Shown: one piece after another, positions 52,600 through 64,000 of the stretch
Position numbering within the stretch: the stretch's first letter is position 1
Layout of the letters: each line of letters begins with the position of its first letter
NCBI RefSeq assembly: GCF_006345805.1
Contig: NC_043012.1
Span: 14,818,001-14,882,000, forward strand
Length of the DNA stretch: 64,000 nucleotides
Direction of reading: 5' to 3'
From: Octopus sinensis
Taxonomy: Eukaryota
Notes under the pieces: model-generated
The model's database searches: none
Told to the model about the DNA's origin: nothing
What the model saw: only the letters and a program-made list of their open reading frames with translations
Program-made: the position numbers and the translations under genes

Positions 52600-55004
52600 G
52601 GTGCGCTGGCAGAATCAGCTTGCCGGAGAAAATGCTTAGCAGTATTTTTACTGGTTGTATGTTCTGAGTTCAAATTCAACTTTGCTTTTTATCTTTGGGG
52701 TCAATAAAATAAGTACCAGTTGATCACTGGTGTCAATGTGATCAACTTAATCCCCTATCCTGAAATTGCTAGCCTTGTTCCAAAATTTGAAACCATTATT
52801 ATAATTATTTAACATGTCACACAGGATCCAATATCGTGATGTTGACTGAAGATATTGTGTCTTCTGGGGTTTTGTAATGCCTCTCAAGTCACAACAAGGA
52901 CCTCTAAGTTCATATTTTCTAAATAGTTTGTGGTGCATTTGGATATCCCTTGCATTTCACCAGTATGCTTCAGTGAAACTTGCTGGTCTAGAATGGGTTT
53001 AATCATTTGAGAGAAAAACACTTGGGGCTTTGTATACAGTGCAGCATTAGTGAGGGGAACATAAATTTTGTTATCTCTGGCCAACTATACACCTACAATC
53101 AATATATTTATATAAAACATCAATTTTTGCTTGATTTTTATTCTTTCAATCTAATTATTTTTTCATGCCATCTTTAGGACTTTTTTCTGAAATCTAGTGT
53201 AGGAAAAAAATTATTTTCTATCATTAGGCTAATTGTAAAAATTATTGTAAAAGTAAACATTTTCTAAGCTTTTCAAATGTTTGCTATCAACAGTCATGTC
53301 AACTTAATGAAAAGAGCAATTCATTATATTCTAGACACCTTATATTCCTAATCGTTCTGTAATAAAATGTTATTGCTTCTTATTTCAGCTGAATTGGCTG
53401 AAAAAAAAAGAAGTGAAGTATCTTGTTAGTATTCAGTGTGTAGTCTTTTAAATCAGTTTTCTAAAATTGATTTCAAATTTTGACAGAAGGCCAGAAATTT
53501 TGGGGGACGGGATAAATTGATTACATTGACCTCCGTACTCAACTGGTACTTATTATATTGACTGCAGCAGAATTTGAAATTAGAACATAAAAACATGAAA
53601 TTCCACTAAGCATTTTATTCAGTGTGCTAACGATTCTGCCAGCTCACTGCTTTACCATTAATTTTCTAATATTTGTGAATTTTTCCAATTCTAAAGGTAT
53701 CATAAATATTGAGTGAGAGAAGTATTGTTATTTTAGCTGAAGAGTTGTATATTCATATACCAGAATTGTTATACCCTGGATAAGGGACTAAATGTTTTCT
53801 GCAATATTTGCCAGTGAAAATCACTCAGAAAGTAGTTTAGTGTTAACATCAACTTCTGTTGTATGATAATAGAAATTATTCAGTTGAACTTCATTTCATT
53901 TTGGTAGCAACGTCTACTATTTATTTTAACCTCTTATACGCACACAATCTCACATTCTATTGAATTCATTTTTTCCATTTATTACATTTAGTAGCACTAA
54001 GTTGTTATTACTGTAAAACTGATCAGTCAATACCACTTTCAGAATATCTTCATATTCTGCTATAAAAAATTTTTTGTCTCTGAGCTTCTGGTAAAATCAA
54101 AGAATACCAAGGTGATATCAATGGAAGAATTTTTATTTCTGATTTACCATTTATTTCTAGGCTAGTTCTAGGGACATATCCAAGAATAAGATACCTGACT
54201 AATCAGATATCAAACATAATATTGATGGGCTTCAGCTATCACAACCAAGAATGATTTGATATTGTGTACTATGCTTTTGTTCTTGTTGTAGGTACCTGTG
54301 TACTATGCTTATGTTGTAGGTACCTGTGTACCATGCTTTTGTAGTTGTAATTATCCAAATCCATAGAATAGTTAATAGATACTGTCTTTCCACCCTTGAT
54401 TCAGTGGAATACCCATCATCATCATCATCATTTAATGTCCATTTTCTGTGCTAGCATGGGTTGGATGGTTTGACCGGGGTCTGTGAAGCCAGGAGGCTGC
54501 ACCAGGCTTCAGTCTGATCTGGCAGTGTTTCTACAGCTGGATGCCCTTCCTAACACCAACCACTCCTTGAGTGTAGTGGGTGCTTTTTACGTGCCAGGGG
54601 AGGCTGGCAGCAGCCACGACCTGTAATAATTTAAGGGAAAGAAGGCTGTGTCAGTACTGGGCCCGGGTACTTGATTTATTAGATGCTCCCTCCTTCCAAC
54701 AAAAGAATGAAAGGTATAGTTGACCATTGCAGGATCTGAACTGAGTCCTTTCGTCTCTAAAGCTAAGGTTAACAAGTTTAAGAGTCTGCAAAAATATATT
54801 TTTGCATTAACAACTCATTGCAAGCATTTTGAGTATTTCATGATTTCATTCGTTTTCATTTTGGTCATTAGTAAAACTAATGGAATCAATAGTTTTTCAT
54901 TACTGCCAAGCATAAAAACAGATCTCCTTCTAAACTCCTGCATTAAGAAAAGACGCTACTGAATATTTTTTAGTTTCTTTTCTCATCACTTTCCTCATTG
55001 CACA

Positions 55005-55076
<72 letters not shown>

Positions 55077-58000
55077 GATCTCATTTTATAAGTTCATTCT
55101 AAGTGCTATCTGGTTTCTTTTTCAATGTACTTTTGGGCTGTAAATTTTGTTTTTACAAAATACTTGTTAAACCTGTTGAATAGACATAATTTTTATTCTG
55201 TTGCTTGATTTTTATTATAATATTTTTTCTATTTATATATTTGTTTCGCTGGAAATATAATCAGCTGAACAATTATTATTGCTCTGATTCCAGGTGTATA
55301 ATATTAAGGTCATCTTATGAATAACATAATCTTTTCTACATGATCAGGTTATGTCATAGTACAACTTTATATCTGATACATATAAAATGCTTGTTGAAAT
55401 TTTTTTTTTTCGTGGCCAGTTATGATATTTGCGAAGAAGCATTTTAAAACAGCAAAGAAGTAAAAAAAAAAAAAAATAACCATACAGGCACAGATGTGGC
55501 TGTGTGGTAAGAAGTTTGCTTCCCAACCACCTGGTTCCTGGTTCAGTCCCACTTTTGACCAGTTTTCTAATATTGATTTGAAATTTTGGCTGAATATTGG
55601 GTGCCCAAGGGCACATAGTTGCAGTCCAGTGACTGAAACAAGTGAATCAGTGGCTCCCAGGAAGAGTGTATGTCACCCCTGGGGGTCCATATTAGATTTA
55701 GGTGGGTGGTGGGGTCCATGCAAGCAAAATAGTAAATTGGGAATCCACAGTATTTTAAGGATTCATGAAAAAATTTTGCTTTAGATGTCTTTATTGCCAG
55801 AAGCAGCTACGTTTCTATCTCCAACATTTGAACATATCTCAGCCATATCATGTTGAATGCACTGGTTCTTGTCCAATCACTGAAGTTAAGCAGTGTTGAG
55901 CTTAACTAAAACCTAGACGGGTGACCACTTGGGAAACCTAGGTGCTGTAAGCATCTCAATTTTTCCATGGCAGTACTCTAGCATGACTGCAGCTGCGTGG
56001 CTGAAATGAATAAAAGAATAACAATGTTTCCAGGTTCTCCAGTGAGTGCCATTGCAAACCCACACAAGTGAACATGTTATAGAAAAATTTGAATTTTGAA
56101 AGCTGTATTTATAAAACTAGTTTTTAAACATAAAATGGCCCTGAGGGCCTACCAGAATAAAATAGTAATCAAAGGGGTCCATAGGTAAAAATACAGTTGA
56201 GAACCACTGGGTAAAGACCCCCTTTGGTCATGAATGACCATGGGATTGCACCTAGAAAGTTACCCTCTGAGGCACAAAGTCCAGTCAAGGTTGTTTATGG
56301 AAGAGCAGCAGTCCCCCATGCATACCAGACTCCCCTCTCCATATCAACTAATGTTATCCAAGGAAAAGGCAAAGGCCAATACAGCTTGGCACCAGTGATG
56401 CCGCAACTTGTTTCTACAGCTGAGTGAACTGGAGCAATGGGAATAAAGTGTCTTGCTCAAGGACACAATACACAGCCAGGTCAGAGAATTGAACTTGATA
56501 ACTCCTGATTGTGAACCTGGCGCTCTAACCACTGAGTCATGCGCCTTCACTCCTGAAGTAAATTATAAGAGTTAACCAAAAATGCATTCATTCCAACTGC
56601 AACTAGATATTGTTAATTTTATTAACAAAGAAAGCCCTATGTTATCACTTGGTTTGCTAGAAATAGCTGTTAAATCTCTCTCAAATTATACTTAACATAT
56701 TAGAAATGGTTGGGATGTGGTGGTGGTGGTGGGGGGGTCATTGAATGTTGTTGTAGATATACTATATTTGACTAAAAGATAGGGGACAGTCATAGAATGT
56801 CTTTGAGGTAAGAGATAAGAGTTTTGTAATAACCATATATGGTGTAAATGGGTGAGGGTGGGGGAAACTTGCTGGGAATTGTTACCTTTATTTTAACCCT
56901 TTAGCAGTTAAAGCGGCCATATCCAGCTTTTGGATATATTCTCTTATATGTTCAAACTGGCCAGATCCAGCCTCTCACACCTACCCTACAATGACATTGT
57001 AAAAATGATTAATCACATCACTGAAATCTTGAAACTATAAAATAATGCATGATAGATTTCAAAATAGTCTAATTAACTAAGCATTACATTTGACTGAGTA
57101 ATCTGAATGCTACAGGATTGAAGTTTATCTCAGAATGAACAGCTGGGCCTCAGAAATAAGTAAAAGGAAGTTATTAAATCCGAGAGTTCAATAATTTGTC
57201 ACAGATTGGGTCTCTGCTAAAGGTATCTGTGCCAACTGGTGGTTTTAAACCTGGTAATGGATTAATTCGTCCACTATAAACTGATGATGTATATAAATTG
57301 TACTTATTGGGAACTAAAAAAGACTTGAAAACAAGCTTGTCAGTACATATATGACAAGGTTTCATGCAGTTCTCGGTCATTTTTGGCAACAACATCCTAC
57401 AAAGCAGTGAGTGACTGAATGACAGTCTTCCTACAATCATCATGGTAATCGGAGAAAAACCAACACATTATCTGCAAGACGTTGCTGGAGAAACAAGGAT
57501 GTGAAATGTCCAAGGATCTCCTTCTCTGAAAACCTATGCATGGACATAAAGATATTGGCAGACCAAGAAGAGCATATATTGATCAACCTGTGGAGACGCT
57601 GGATATGATGACTGCAATGGAAGCTCAGGACATCTTGTCTGAGCAAGTTACCCAACTGGATAGATAGAATAAATGGCTAGGAAGTAAAATTTGGTTGGGT
57701 ACATCAACCGTTGTAGTCTTAATTTCTCTGATCACAGAAGCATTTAAAACTGTTTTGATGTAGAAAAGTTTGGTTGGTTACAAATATACAAAGCATATGG
57801 TTTGTCTGTTATTCAAATTTACTCCAAATACAATTTTCATTTTATTTTTTTCTCACTTCTATCACAGGTAATATTTGACTTATAGATTTTTTTTTCCTTA
57901 CCAAGAAATCTGTTAATGTTTAGCAGTTGTATAGCCAATGAAAGTCAGACAACTAATTAGCTAATCTAATCAGTTGGTGATTTGTTAGTAAATTATCCAC

Positions 58001-59083
58001 AGCTATTGTAGTTGCTGTTTTGTTCAATGTATAAAAGTCTGACCTTTTACTTAACAATTAGTTATCTTTAAGATGAGATGATTATTAATTTCTTTTTTCC
58101 TTATTTTATTTTATCAAATGATAAACAAGCTTGAATTGCTGAAATGTCAGATATAGTTCTGATAATTATTGCCATTTGTTTAAATAAACTCTTCAAAATA
58201 TGTAAATAATATTGTCAAAAGTGAAGCAGTGAAATATGATCTTTGGATGTCAAGTCTCATGGAGGCGATAAGTGACACAGACTGTTGGTGATTTTGCTGT
58301 GCTTGAGAAGACATATCAAACTTAGTGGAATAATAGTTGGGGGTCACTGCCAGTGACACATTAAGGACACTTGTGCCAGTGACATGTTAAGGGCACCTAT
58401 GCTAGTAACATGTTAAAGGGACCCATGCCAGTGACATGTTAAAAGCACCAACTACACTCTTTGGAGTGGTTGGCATAGGAAGGATATCCAGCCATAGAAA
58501 CTAAGCCAAACCAGACTGGAACCTGGTGCAGCTCTCTGGCTTACCAGTTTCAGCCAAACCATCTAACCCATGCAAGCATGGAGAATGGACACTAAATGAT
58601 GATGATGAGAGCTGTTTAGGAATGTAGAAGAAAGTATGATTATTGGATATATTGTTGGTAGATGCTTGAGTCCGTGAAAGACAATTCCACAATTTCTTGC
58701 TGAATAAACTGCACAAGTTTGGTTTGCTTGTAGTGATAAAGCGTTTCTGCTGTACATGAGCTCACTGTCTCCATCAAATTGACATTGCCTGTATAGGTGC
58801 CATTCTGTGCCACATGCCAGATGTTGAAACAATCACAAAACAGCATGAGATGATGTTTTGCTTAAGAACACAATGCAGCATCCAGGTCCAGGAAATGAAA
58901 CCATAATCATGAAATCAAGGTTTCAAGGGTAACACCCTAACCACTAGGCTATGGGCCTTCACAAATATATCTATTGGTTTTAACAAGCCTTAATTTGGAA
59001 TTGAAACATAAAACACATTTTTTGAGATAATCTGTTTTTTTTTTTGCATTAAGTGTCTCTCATTAATTTCCTGTACTGTAATG
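38141..59083 (+). CDS. Right gene candidate: exons 38141(or 38094)-38186, 46417-46475, 48529-48551, 50082-50158, 53389-53424, 57205-57222, 59054-59083
   Basis: GT-AG exons with pyrimidine tracts; 46417-46475 and 59054-59083 have strong sites at both ends. Reading from ATG 38141: MESLSSDFKLGSGMFDTILTRQAQYRACIPADHFI... The exon set and frame are not certain, and the product is not recognised. Confidence 0.45.
38366..38945. repeat. (TG)n/(TA)n compound microsatellite at the start of intron 1
   Basis: Direct inspection. Confidence 0.95.
40065..40460. mobile_element. Shorter copy of the foldback-like family
   Basis: Same unit in + at ~40100-40190 and inverted at ~40345-40430; ggcata at both ends. 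Confidence 0.55.
40565..40918 (+). mobile_element. SINE family A
   Basis: Family consensus match. Confidence 0.85.
41168..41537 (-). mobile_element. SINE family A, inverted relative to 40565-40918
   Basis: Family consensus match. Confidence 0.85.
41735..42215 (+). mobile_element. SINE family B interrupted by a minus-strand CR1 LINE 3' end (41941-42184)
   Basis: SEKLYLRRFHLNRRRGAFSVRVADLWNKLP on minus; atgtt repeated at both junctions. Confidence 0.8.
43320..43735 (+). mobile_element. RTE LINE 3' fragment
   Basis: WAGHVA.MSDDRLPKRLLFGEL..CFKDTLKAFNID..CPHCQRLFRVQIGLASHLQTH. Confidence 0.85.
44556..45555 (-). mobile_element. Decayed Tc1-family transposon, D-x36-E spacing
   Basis: TA-caggggttggacaaaataatggaaacacc TIR; IFSDESSF, FQDDNAPIH, WPPQSPDLNIIE. 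Confidence 0.9.
45729..46100 (+). mobile_element. SINE family A
   Basis: Family consensus match, degenerate. Confidence 0.75.
47970..48285 (-). mobile_element. tRNA/CORE-type SINE
   Basis: Same family as 60390-60715 (tgaaataaagtgtcttgc.caaggacaca). Confidence 0.7.
48950..49322 (-). mobile_element. Decayed RTE LINE 3' fragment
   Basis: VKGRLYDACLQS..GIRRHVQERLHWYRHVM. Confidence 0.7.
49326..49550 (-). pseudogene. Degenerate 28S rRNA fragment (domain V region)
   Basis: Minus strand gataactcaggtgtcccaaggc..aaaagggcaaaagctcacttgatcttggttttcagtatgaatac..gtgtcagaaaagttacca matches conserved LSU rRNA, with CpG-type decay. Confidence 0.85.
50520..50942 (+). mobile_element. (GAT)n-tailed retroposon family copy lacking the tail
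   Basis: Family consensus match. Confidence 0.8.
52000..52227 (+). mobile_element. SINE family B nested in an older related SINE
   Basis: ctgag(t/c)tcaaat repeated at both junctions. Confidence 0.8.
54415..54622 (-). mobile_element. (GAT)n-tailed retroposon
   Basis: Family consensus match. Confidence 0.8.
55648..56209. mobile_element. hAT-like MITE hosting the 5S-derived insert
   Basis: cagtggctccca / ttgagaaccactg termini; no matching TSD seen. Confidence 0.55.
55835..55953 (+). pseudogene. Degenerate full-length 5S rRNA copy (possible SINE3 head)
   Basis: gccatatcatgttgaatgcactggttcttgtccaatcactgaagttaagc..gacgggtgaccacttgggaaacctaggtgctgtaagc aligns end to end with metazoan 5S. Confidence 0.9.
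56210..56550 (-). mobile_element. tRNA/CORE-type SINE
   Basis: tRNA-like head at 56500-56550 on minus; shared core with 60390-60715. Confidence 0.7.
57330..57650 (+). mobile_element. Decayed RTE/RTEX-like LINE 3' fragment
   Basis: WQQHPTKQ.., DLLL*KP.HG...GRPRRAYIDQ. Confidence 0.6.
58346..58607 (+). mobile_element. (GAT)n-tailed retroposon with ~26-bp tandem repeats at its 5' side
   Basis: gccagtgacatgttaa..gcacc x4, then family body and gatgatgatga. Confidence 0.75.
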
Positions 59084-59399
59084 GTAAGTTCAGTGAATCA
59101 TAAGAAACGTTTGCAGATCTATTTGTGTGTCTAGCTCGACCAAATTCTGTTCTCACTGTCTCTATTGTTATAAAACCCACCCGTATTTAGAATTGGTTTT
59201 GTATACTATGTCTCTTTAACTAAATTACTAATGATCTTTTTTTAGACTTTCTGGGAACTTCATTTTGACCATTTAGGAAAGAACCTTTAGAAAGAAAGCA
59301 GTCCTAACCTGCAAAACTCAAATTAAACATTAACTTCCTTAATTAATATCTCACTTTGTCTCTCTAATTGCCATATGAGGCGTGTCTATAACATCAGTG

Positions 59400-59745
59400 G
59401 GACCATTATTCCAGTTTGAAGAGTTTAGTCAAACATATTTATCTCGGTACTTAAAGGTCTGGTATTTTATCACTCTCTTAAGCTAAACTGCTATGTTATG
59501 GGGAACATAAACAAACCAACACAGGTTAAGTGGTGTTGGTGGTGGTGGGGGGAACAAACACAAAGGCACACACACTCATACATGTATGATGGGCTTCCAC
59601 ACAGTTTTCATCTACCAAATTCACTCAAGTCATTGGTCAGCTGGTTTATAGTAGAAAACCCTTAACCAAAGTGTTACACAGTGGGACTGAACCTGAAGCC
59701 ATGTTATAGCAAAGTTAGCTTCTTAACCATACAGACATGACTGTA
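59400..59745 (-). mobile_element. SINE family A, degenerate
   Basis: Family consensus match. Confidence 0.7.
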
Positions 59746-60389
59746 ACTAAATTTGTATGATAATTAGCATGAGAAATAATTAAAAACTGTATTCCACATA
59801 TGACATATTTTACAAAATTTCCTAAGAATCCAGTGCTATTTTAAATATTCCCAACTTTTTCCTTCCATTTTTAAAATTTGTAAGGTTTCAATATCTTTTT
59901 GCCAATTACTAAATATCAAATAAGTGTTTTGAATATTATCATTTATGAATTAGTACTTAGGTTTTATGGTAATTTAAGTATCCAGAACTGCTTCAAACCA
60001 CAGTTAAACTAACTCTCTCCATGGAATGTGATTTATTAGCTTATTTTCTGATTATTTATATTTTCTGTTTTATACTTGGAGCACTGGGGTCAATTGTAAT
60101 TGACTTAATTATTCCTGGGTAAGAGTCTATTGCCAAACCGTGTCGAGCCAGTGTAGCAGAGCAGAGTAGGCTCATCAAACCAGTATGGTCTGAAGTTCAG
60201 TCTTATAGTTTCTGCATAACACAGTGGTTGCTGGAGAGAACCTGCTTAGGCCTTCGTCCTGTGGTCGAATGAACATAGGCAATCCATTCTAATACTTGGA
60301 TTAGTAGCCTTTTTTTGGCCCTATTCTGTTATTTGATCAAGATAGTATTGAACACTTTAACATGCAGATTACTCTGTCAAATGTAGTAG

Positions 60390-60715
60390 GTAGGAGCACT
60401 CCGTCGGTTACAACGACGAGGGTCCCAGCTGATACAATCAACGGAACAGCCTGCTCGAGAAATTAACGTGCAAGTGGCTGAGTACTCCACAGTCACGTAT
60501 ACCCTTAATGTAGTTCACAAGGAGATTCAGCGTGACACAAAGTGTGACAAGGCTGGCCCTTTGAAATACAGGTACTACTCATTTTTGCCAGTTGAGTGGA
60601 TTGGAGCAATGTGAAATAAAGTGTCTTGCTCAAGGACACAACGGTTCACCAGGAATTGAACTCACAACCTTATGATCTGAGCCGAATGCCCTAACCACTA
60701 AGCCACGCGCCCTCA
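60390..60715 (-). mobile_element. tRNA/CORE-type SINE
   Basis: Minus-strand head ggcgcgtggcttagtggttagggcattcggctc..gtgagttcaattcc. Confidence 0.8.
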
Positions 60716-61235
60716 TGACTCTGTCAAATGTAATGCTTATTTATTCACATTGTTTTGAATCAATCATGCATTACCTTGTAGCTTTGAGATTTTGATGATG
60801 TGACTGTTTATTTTTAGAATAACATTGTAGAGTAGGTGTGAGAGGCTGATCTGGCCAGTTTGAACGTATATATTTGATTTGGATATGGCTGGTTTAAATG
60901 CTAAAGAGTTGATATAATGTGACTAAATTTTGACAGTAAAACTTCACAGTAAGTCTTGTTAAAACAACCATTGTTAGTCAATGTGTCTATTTTTTTGGCT
61001 TTGTTCAAACATTTAACACCTGGTAAAGAAGTAAAAACAAATTTAAGAGAAATATTTATACTCTCACTAAAGTTGGTTTTAATAATAATGCTCTCTCATT
61101 GATTTTTGTTCGATTTCTTTTGTTGGGCAACAGTGAGATCTTTCAATAGCTGTCAGAAACCACAGTAGTGGCTGTGTAGTGCTTTTACCAGCTCTACGCT
61201 TGAAATTTACTTCAAACCAGCAGATTGATTTAAAG

Positions 61236-61458
61236 GTGGGGAGTTGGCAGAATCATTAGCATGCCGGGCGAAAATCTTAGTGGTATATCGTCTACTGCTA
61301 CGTTCTGAGTTCAAATTCCGCTGAGGTCAACTTAGCCTTTCATCCTTTTGGGGTCGAATAAATAAGTACCAGTTACGCACTGGGGTTGATGTAATCGACT
61401 TAATCCCTTTGTTTGTCCCCTCTATGTTTAGCCTCTTGTGGGCAATTAAGAAATAAGA
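61236..61458 (+). mobile_element. SINE family B
   Basis: Family consensus match. Confidence 0.85.
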
Positions 61459-62744
61459 TAGATTTACAGGTTTCATAGAAATATTTCAGATTAATATATG
61501 TATCTCTTAATATCACCTTTGCTATTTCAAAATGGTTTTGGAAGTATTTCTGTTAATCAATAAGATTAATATTTAAGATGAAATGGTTATATTTAAGCTG
61601 AAGAGATTATATTCAAAATAGATCACTCTTGTAGGTGCCACAAATGTGTTTGTTTTTAGCCCTTTGTAAGAAGTCTTGATAGTTGGGGCAATAATCTATT
61701 TGTTTACTTCTCAAATAATAGTGAATTTTTATCCAAGAAGTTTTTGCATATCTTTTGACCAGACACTGCCACTTATCTATGCCTACCTTTCTACAAATTA
61801 TGTACATCAGTGAACTTCTTTTTAGCAGCAGATCAGAGCTTGATAAGTAAATTCAGGATTGTGTATTCTTTAAGCTAAACTAGGAAACTTCTGCCAGGTT
61901 GTAGAAGTAAAAAAAAAGTGCACAAGAAATACTTCACTAAAATCTTTTAAGATAAGAACTTGCAGAATAAGAAATAAATAGTGTAAAATCAATCATATTT
62001 TGACCTCAATTTCAGATAAACTCAAACTTTAAGTATTGATCCTAATGTGAGTAGCATGAAGATTCTCCTAATGAGTGTAAATAAAATCTGGTTATCAAAC
62101 TGGTCAAAAGATGCAATTGTTTCTAAACGAAGCTATGAGTAAAAGCTTTTGAAATTTAAATTTGTTATTTGATAGTTTAATTGGTATGAATAGTATAACA
62201 TTCAATAGTATTTGTGTCTGTTTATTTTCCATTGTTCAGTGATTCATATATCTAGTATTTTTATGTAGACAGTTGTTTATATTTCAAGTAGTTTATTGCA
62301 TTTAGGACAGCAGCTGGTCAAAATACAAGCAGTAAATTAGTTTTATTATTTTTTTCCCCTCTTTTTGTTGCGATACATTATTTATTCTAATGTAAATACT
62401 TAGGAGAAGAATAGGATTAAAATTTGATTGGGTCATGGACTTTTCAATTTTGTTTAACACATTAATGCATAGCATCCAGAAAAATGGATCCAGGAAAAAT
62501 TACCATTACTTGTTTCATACGTGTGTATAGTTGGTTTGTTTGTATGCAGCACCTACTCACTTATAGAGTACTAGTTTAGAGGCAGACTATACCAATAGTT
62601 TACTTAACAGGCAATAGTAATTTTTCCTGTGTCCATTTTTCTGGACACTATGCATTAATAGGTTAAAGTCCACACTGAAATGTGAGTATGCATGCCTATA
62701 CAATTCTCTGCATTATGTATGCATGCAGATGTGCAAAAATGTGC

Positions 62745-62894
62745 ATTATATATATGTATGTATGTATGTATATATATGTATGTATGTATATATATGTATG
62801 TATGTATATATATGTATGTATGTATATATATGTATGTATGTATATATATGTATGTATGTATATATGTATGTATGTATGTATATATATATGTATG

Positions 62895-62954
<60 letters not shown>

Positions 62955-63052
62955 TATGTATGTATATATATATATGTATGTATATATATATATGTATGTA
63001 TATATATATATGTATGTATATATATATATGTATGTATATATATATATGTATG

Positions 63053-63085
<33 letters not shown>

Positions 63086-63100
63086 GTATGTATATATATG

Positions 63101-63155
<55 letters not shown>

Positions 63156-63545
63156 ATATATGTATGTATGTATATATATATATGTATGTATGTATATGTA
63201 TGTATGTATGTATATGTATGTATGTATGTATATGTATGTATGTATATATGTATGTATGTATATATATGTATGTATGTATATATATGTATGTATGTATATA
63301 TATATGTATGTATGTATATATATGTATGTATGTATATATATGTATGTATGTATATATATGTATGTATGTATATATATATGTATGTATGTATATATATGTA
63401 TGTATGTATTATATATGTATGTATGTATTATATATGTATGTATGTATATATGTATGTATGTATGTATATGTATGTATGTATGTATATGTATGTATGTATG
63501 TATATGTATGTATATATGTATGTATGTATATATATATATGTATGT

Positions 63546-63579
<34 letters not shown>

Positions 63580-63662
63580 GTATATATATGTATGTATGTA
63601 TATATATGTATGTATGTATATATATGTATGTATGTATATGTATGTATGTATGTATATGTATG

Positions 63663-63701
<39 letters not shown>

Positions 63702-64000
63702 GTATATGTATGTGTATGTATATATATGTATGTGTATGTATATATGTATGTATGTATATATATATGTATGTATGTATATGTATGTGTATGTATATATATG
63801 TATGTGTATGTATATATGTATGTATGTATATATATGTATGTATGTATATATATATGTATGTATGTATATATATATGTATGTATGTATATATATATGTATG
63901 TATGTATGTATGATATATATGTATGTATGTATGTATATATGTATGTATGTATGTATGTATATATATGTATGTATGTATATATATGTATGTATGTATATAT
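62745..64000. repeat. >1.25-kb TA/TATG compound microsatellite, open at the window end
   Basis: Almost exclusively TA and TG dinucleotides. Confidence 0.95.

Noticed and set aside
62723-63913. 396-aa ORF and the similar MYVCIY-type ORFs at 10397-11111, 25821-27127 and 38364-39135
   Set aside because: TA/TG alternation cannot produce stop codons; these are microsatellite artefacts

Overview
AT-rich, repeat-dense eukaryotic DNA. The tRNA-derived SINE families, the (GAT)n-tailed retroposon and the kb-scale TA/TATG microsatellites match what I know of coleoid cephalopods, most likely Octopus; this is recognition from memory, not a search. Most of the window is intronic or intergenic and filled with SINEs, decayed LINEs (RTE, CR1, Tx1/L1, R4/Dong), a Ty3/gypsy pol remnant, Tc1/mariner/maT/pogo/hAT/Harbinger-like DNA elements and a Helitron. 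Nearly all ORFs in the supplied track are microsatellite or transposon artefacts. Two + strand spliced gene candidates built from very short exons were assembled by hand. The first runs from ~0.85 kb to at least 5.2 kb, possibly to 32.6 kb, and opens with a 14-aa tandem repeat showing a coding-type substitution pattern. The second starts at a CpG/ETS promoter near 38 kb and runs to at least 59 kb. I cannot name either protein. Other notable items: a hammerhead ribozyme motif, a 5S rRNA-headed SINE-like element, a 28S rRNA fragment fused to an RTE LINE, a DD36E Tc1 element, an unidentified insertion with a 10-bp TSD, and a perfect 67-bp inverted duplication. Repeat boundaries are approximate unless defined by TSD/TIR.
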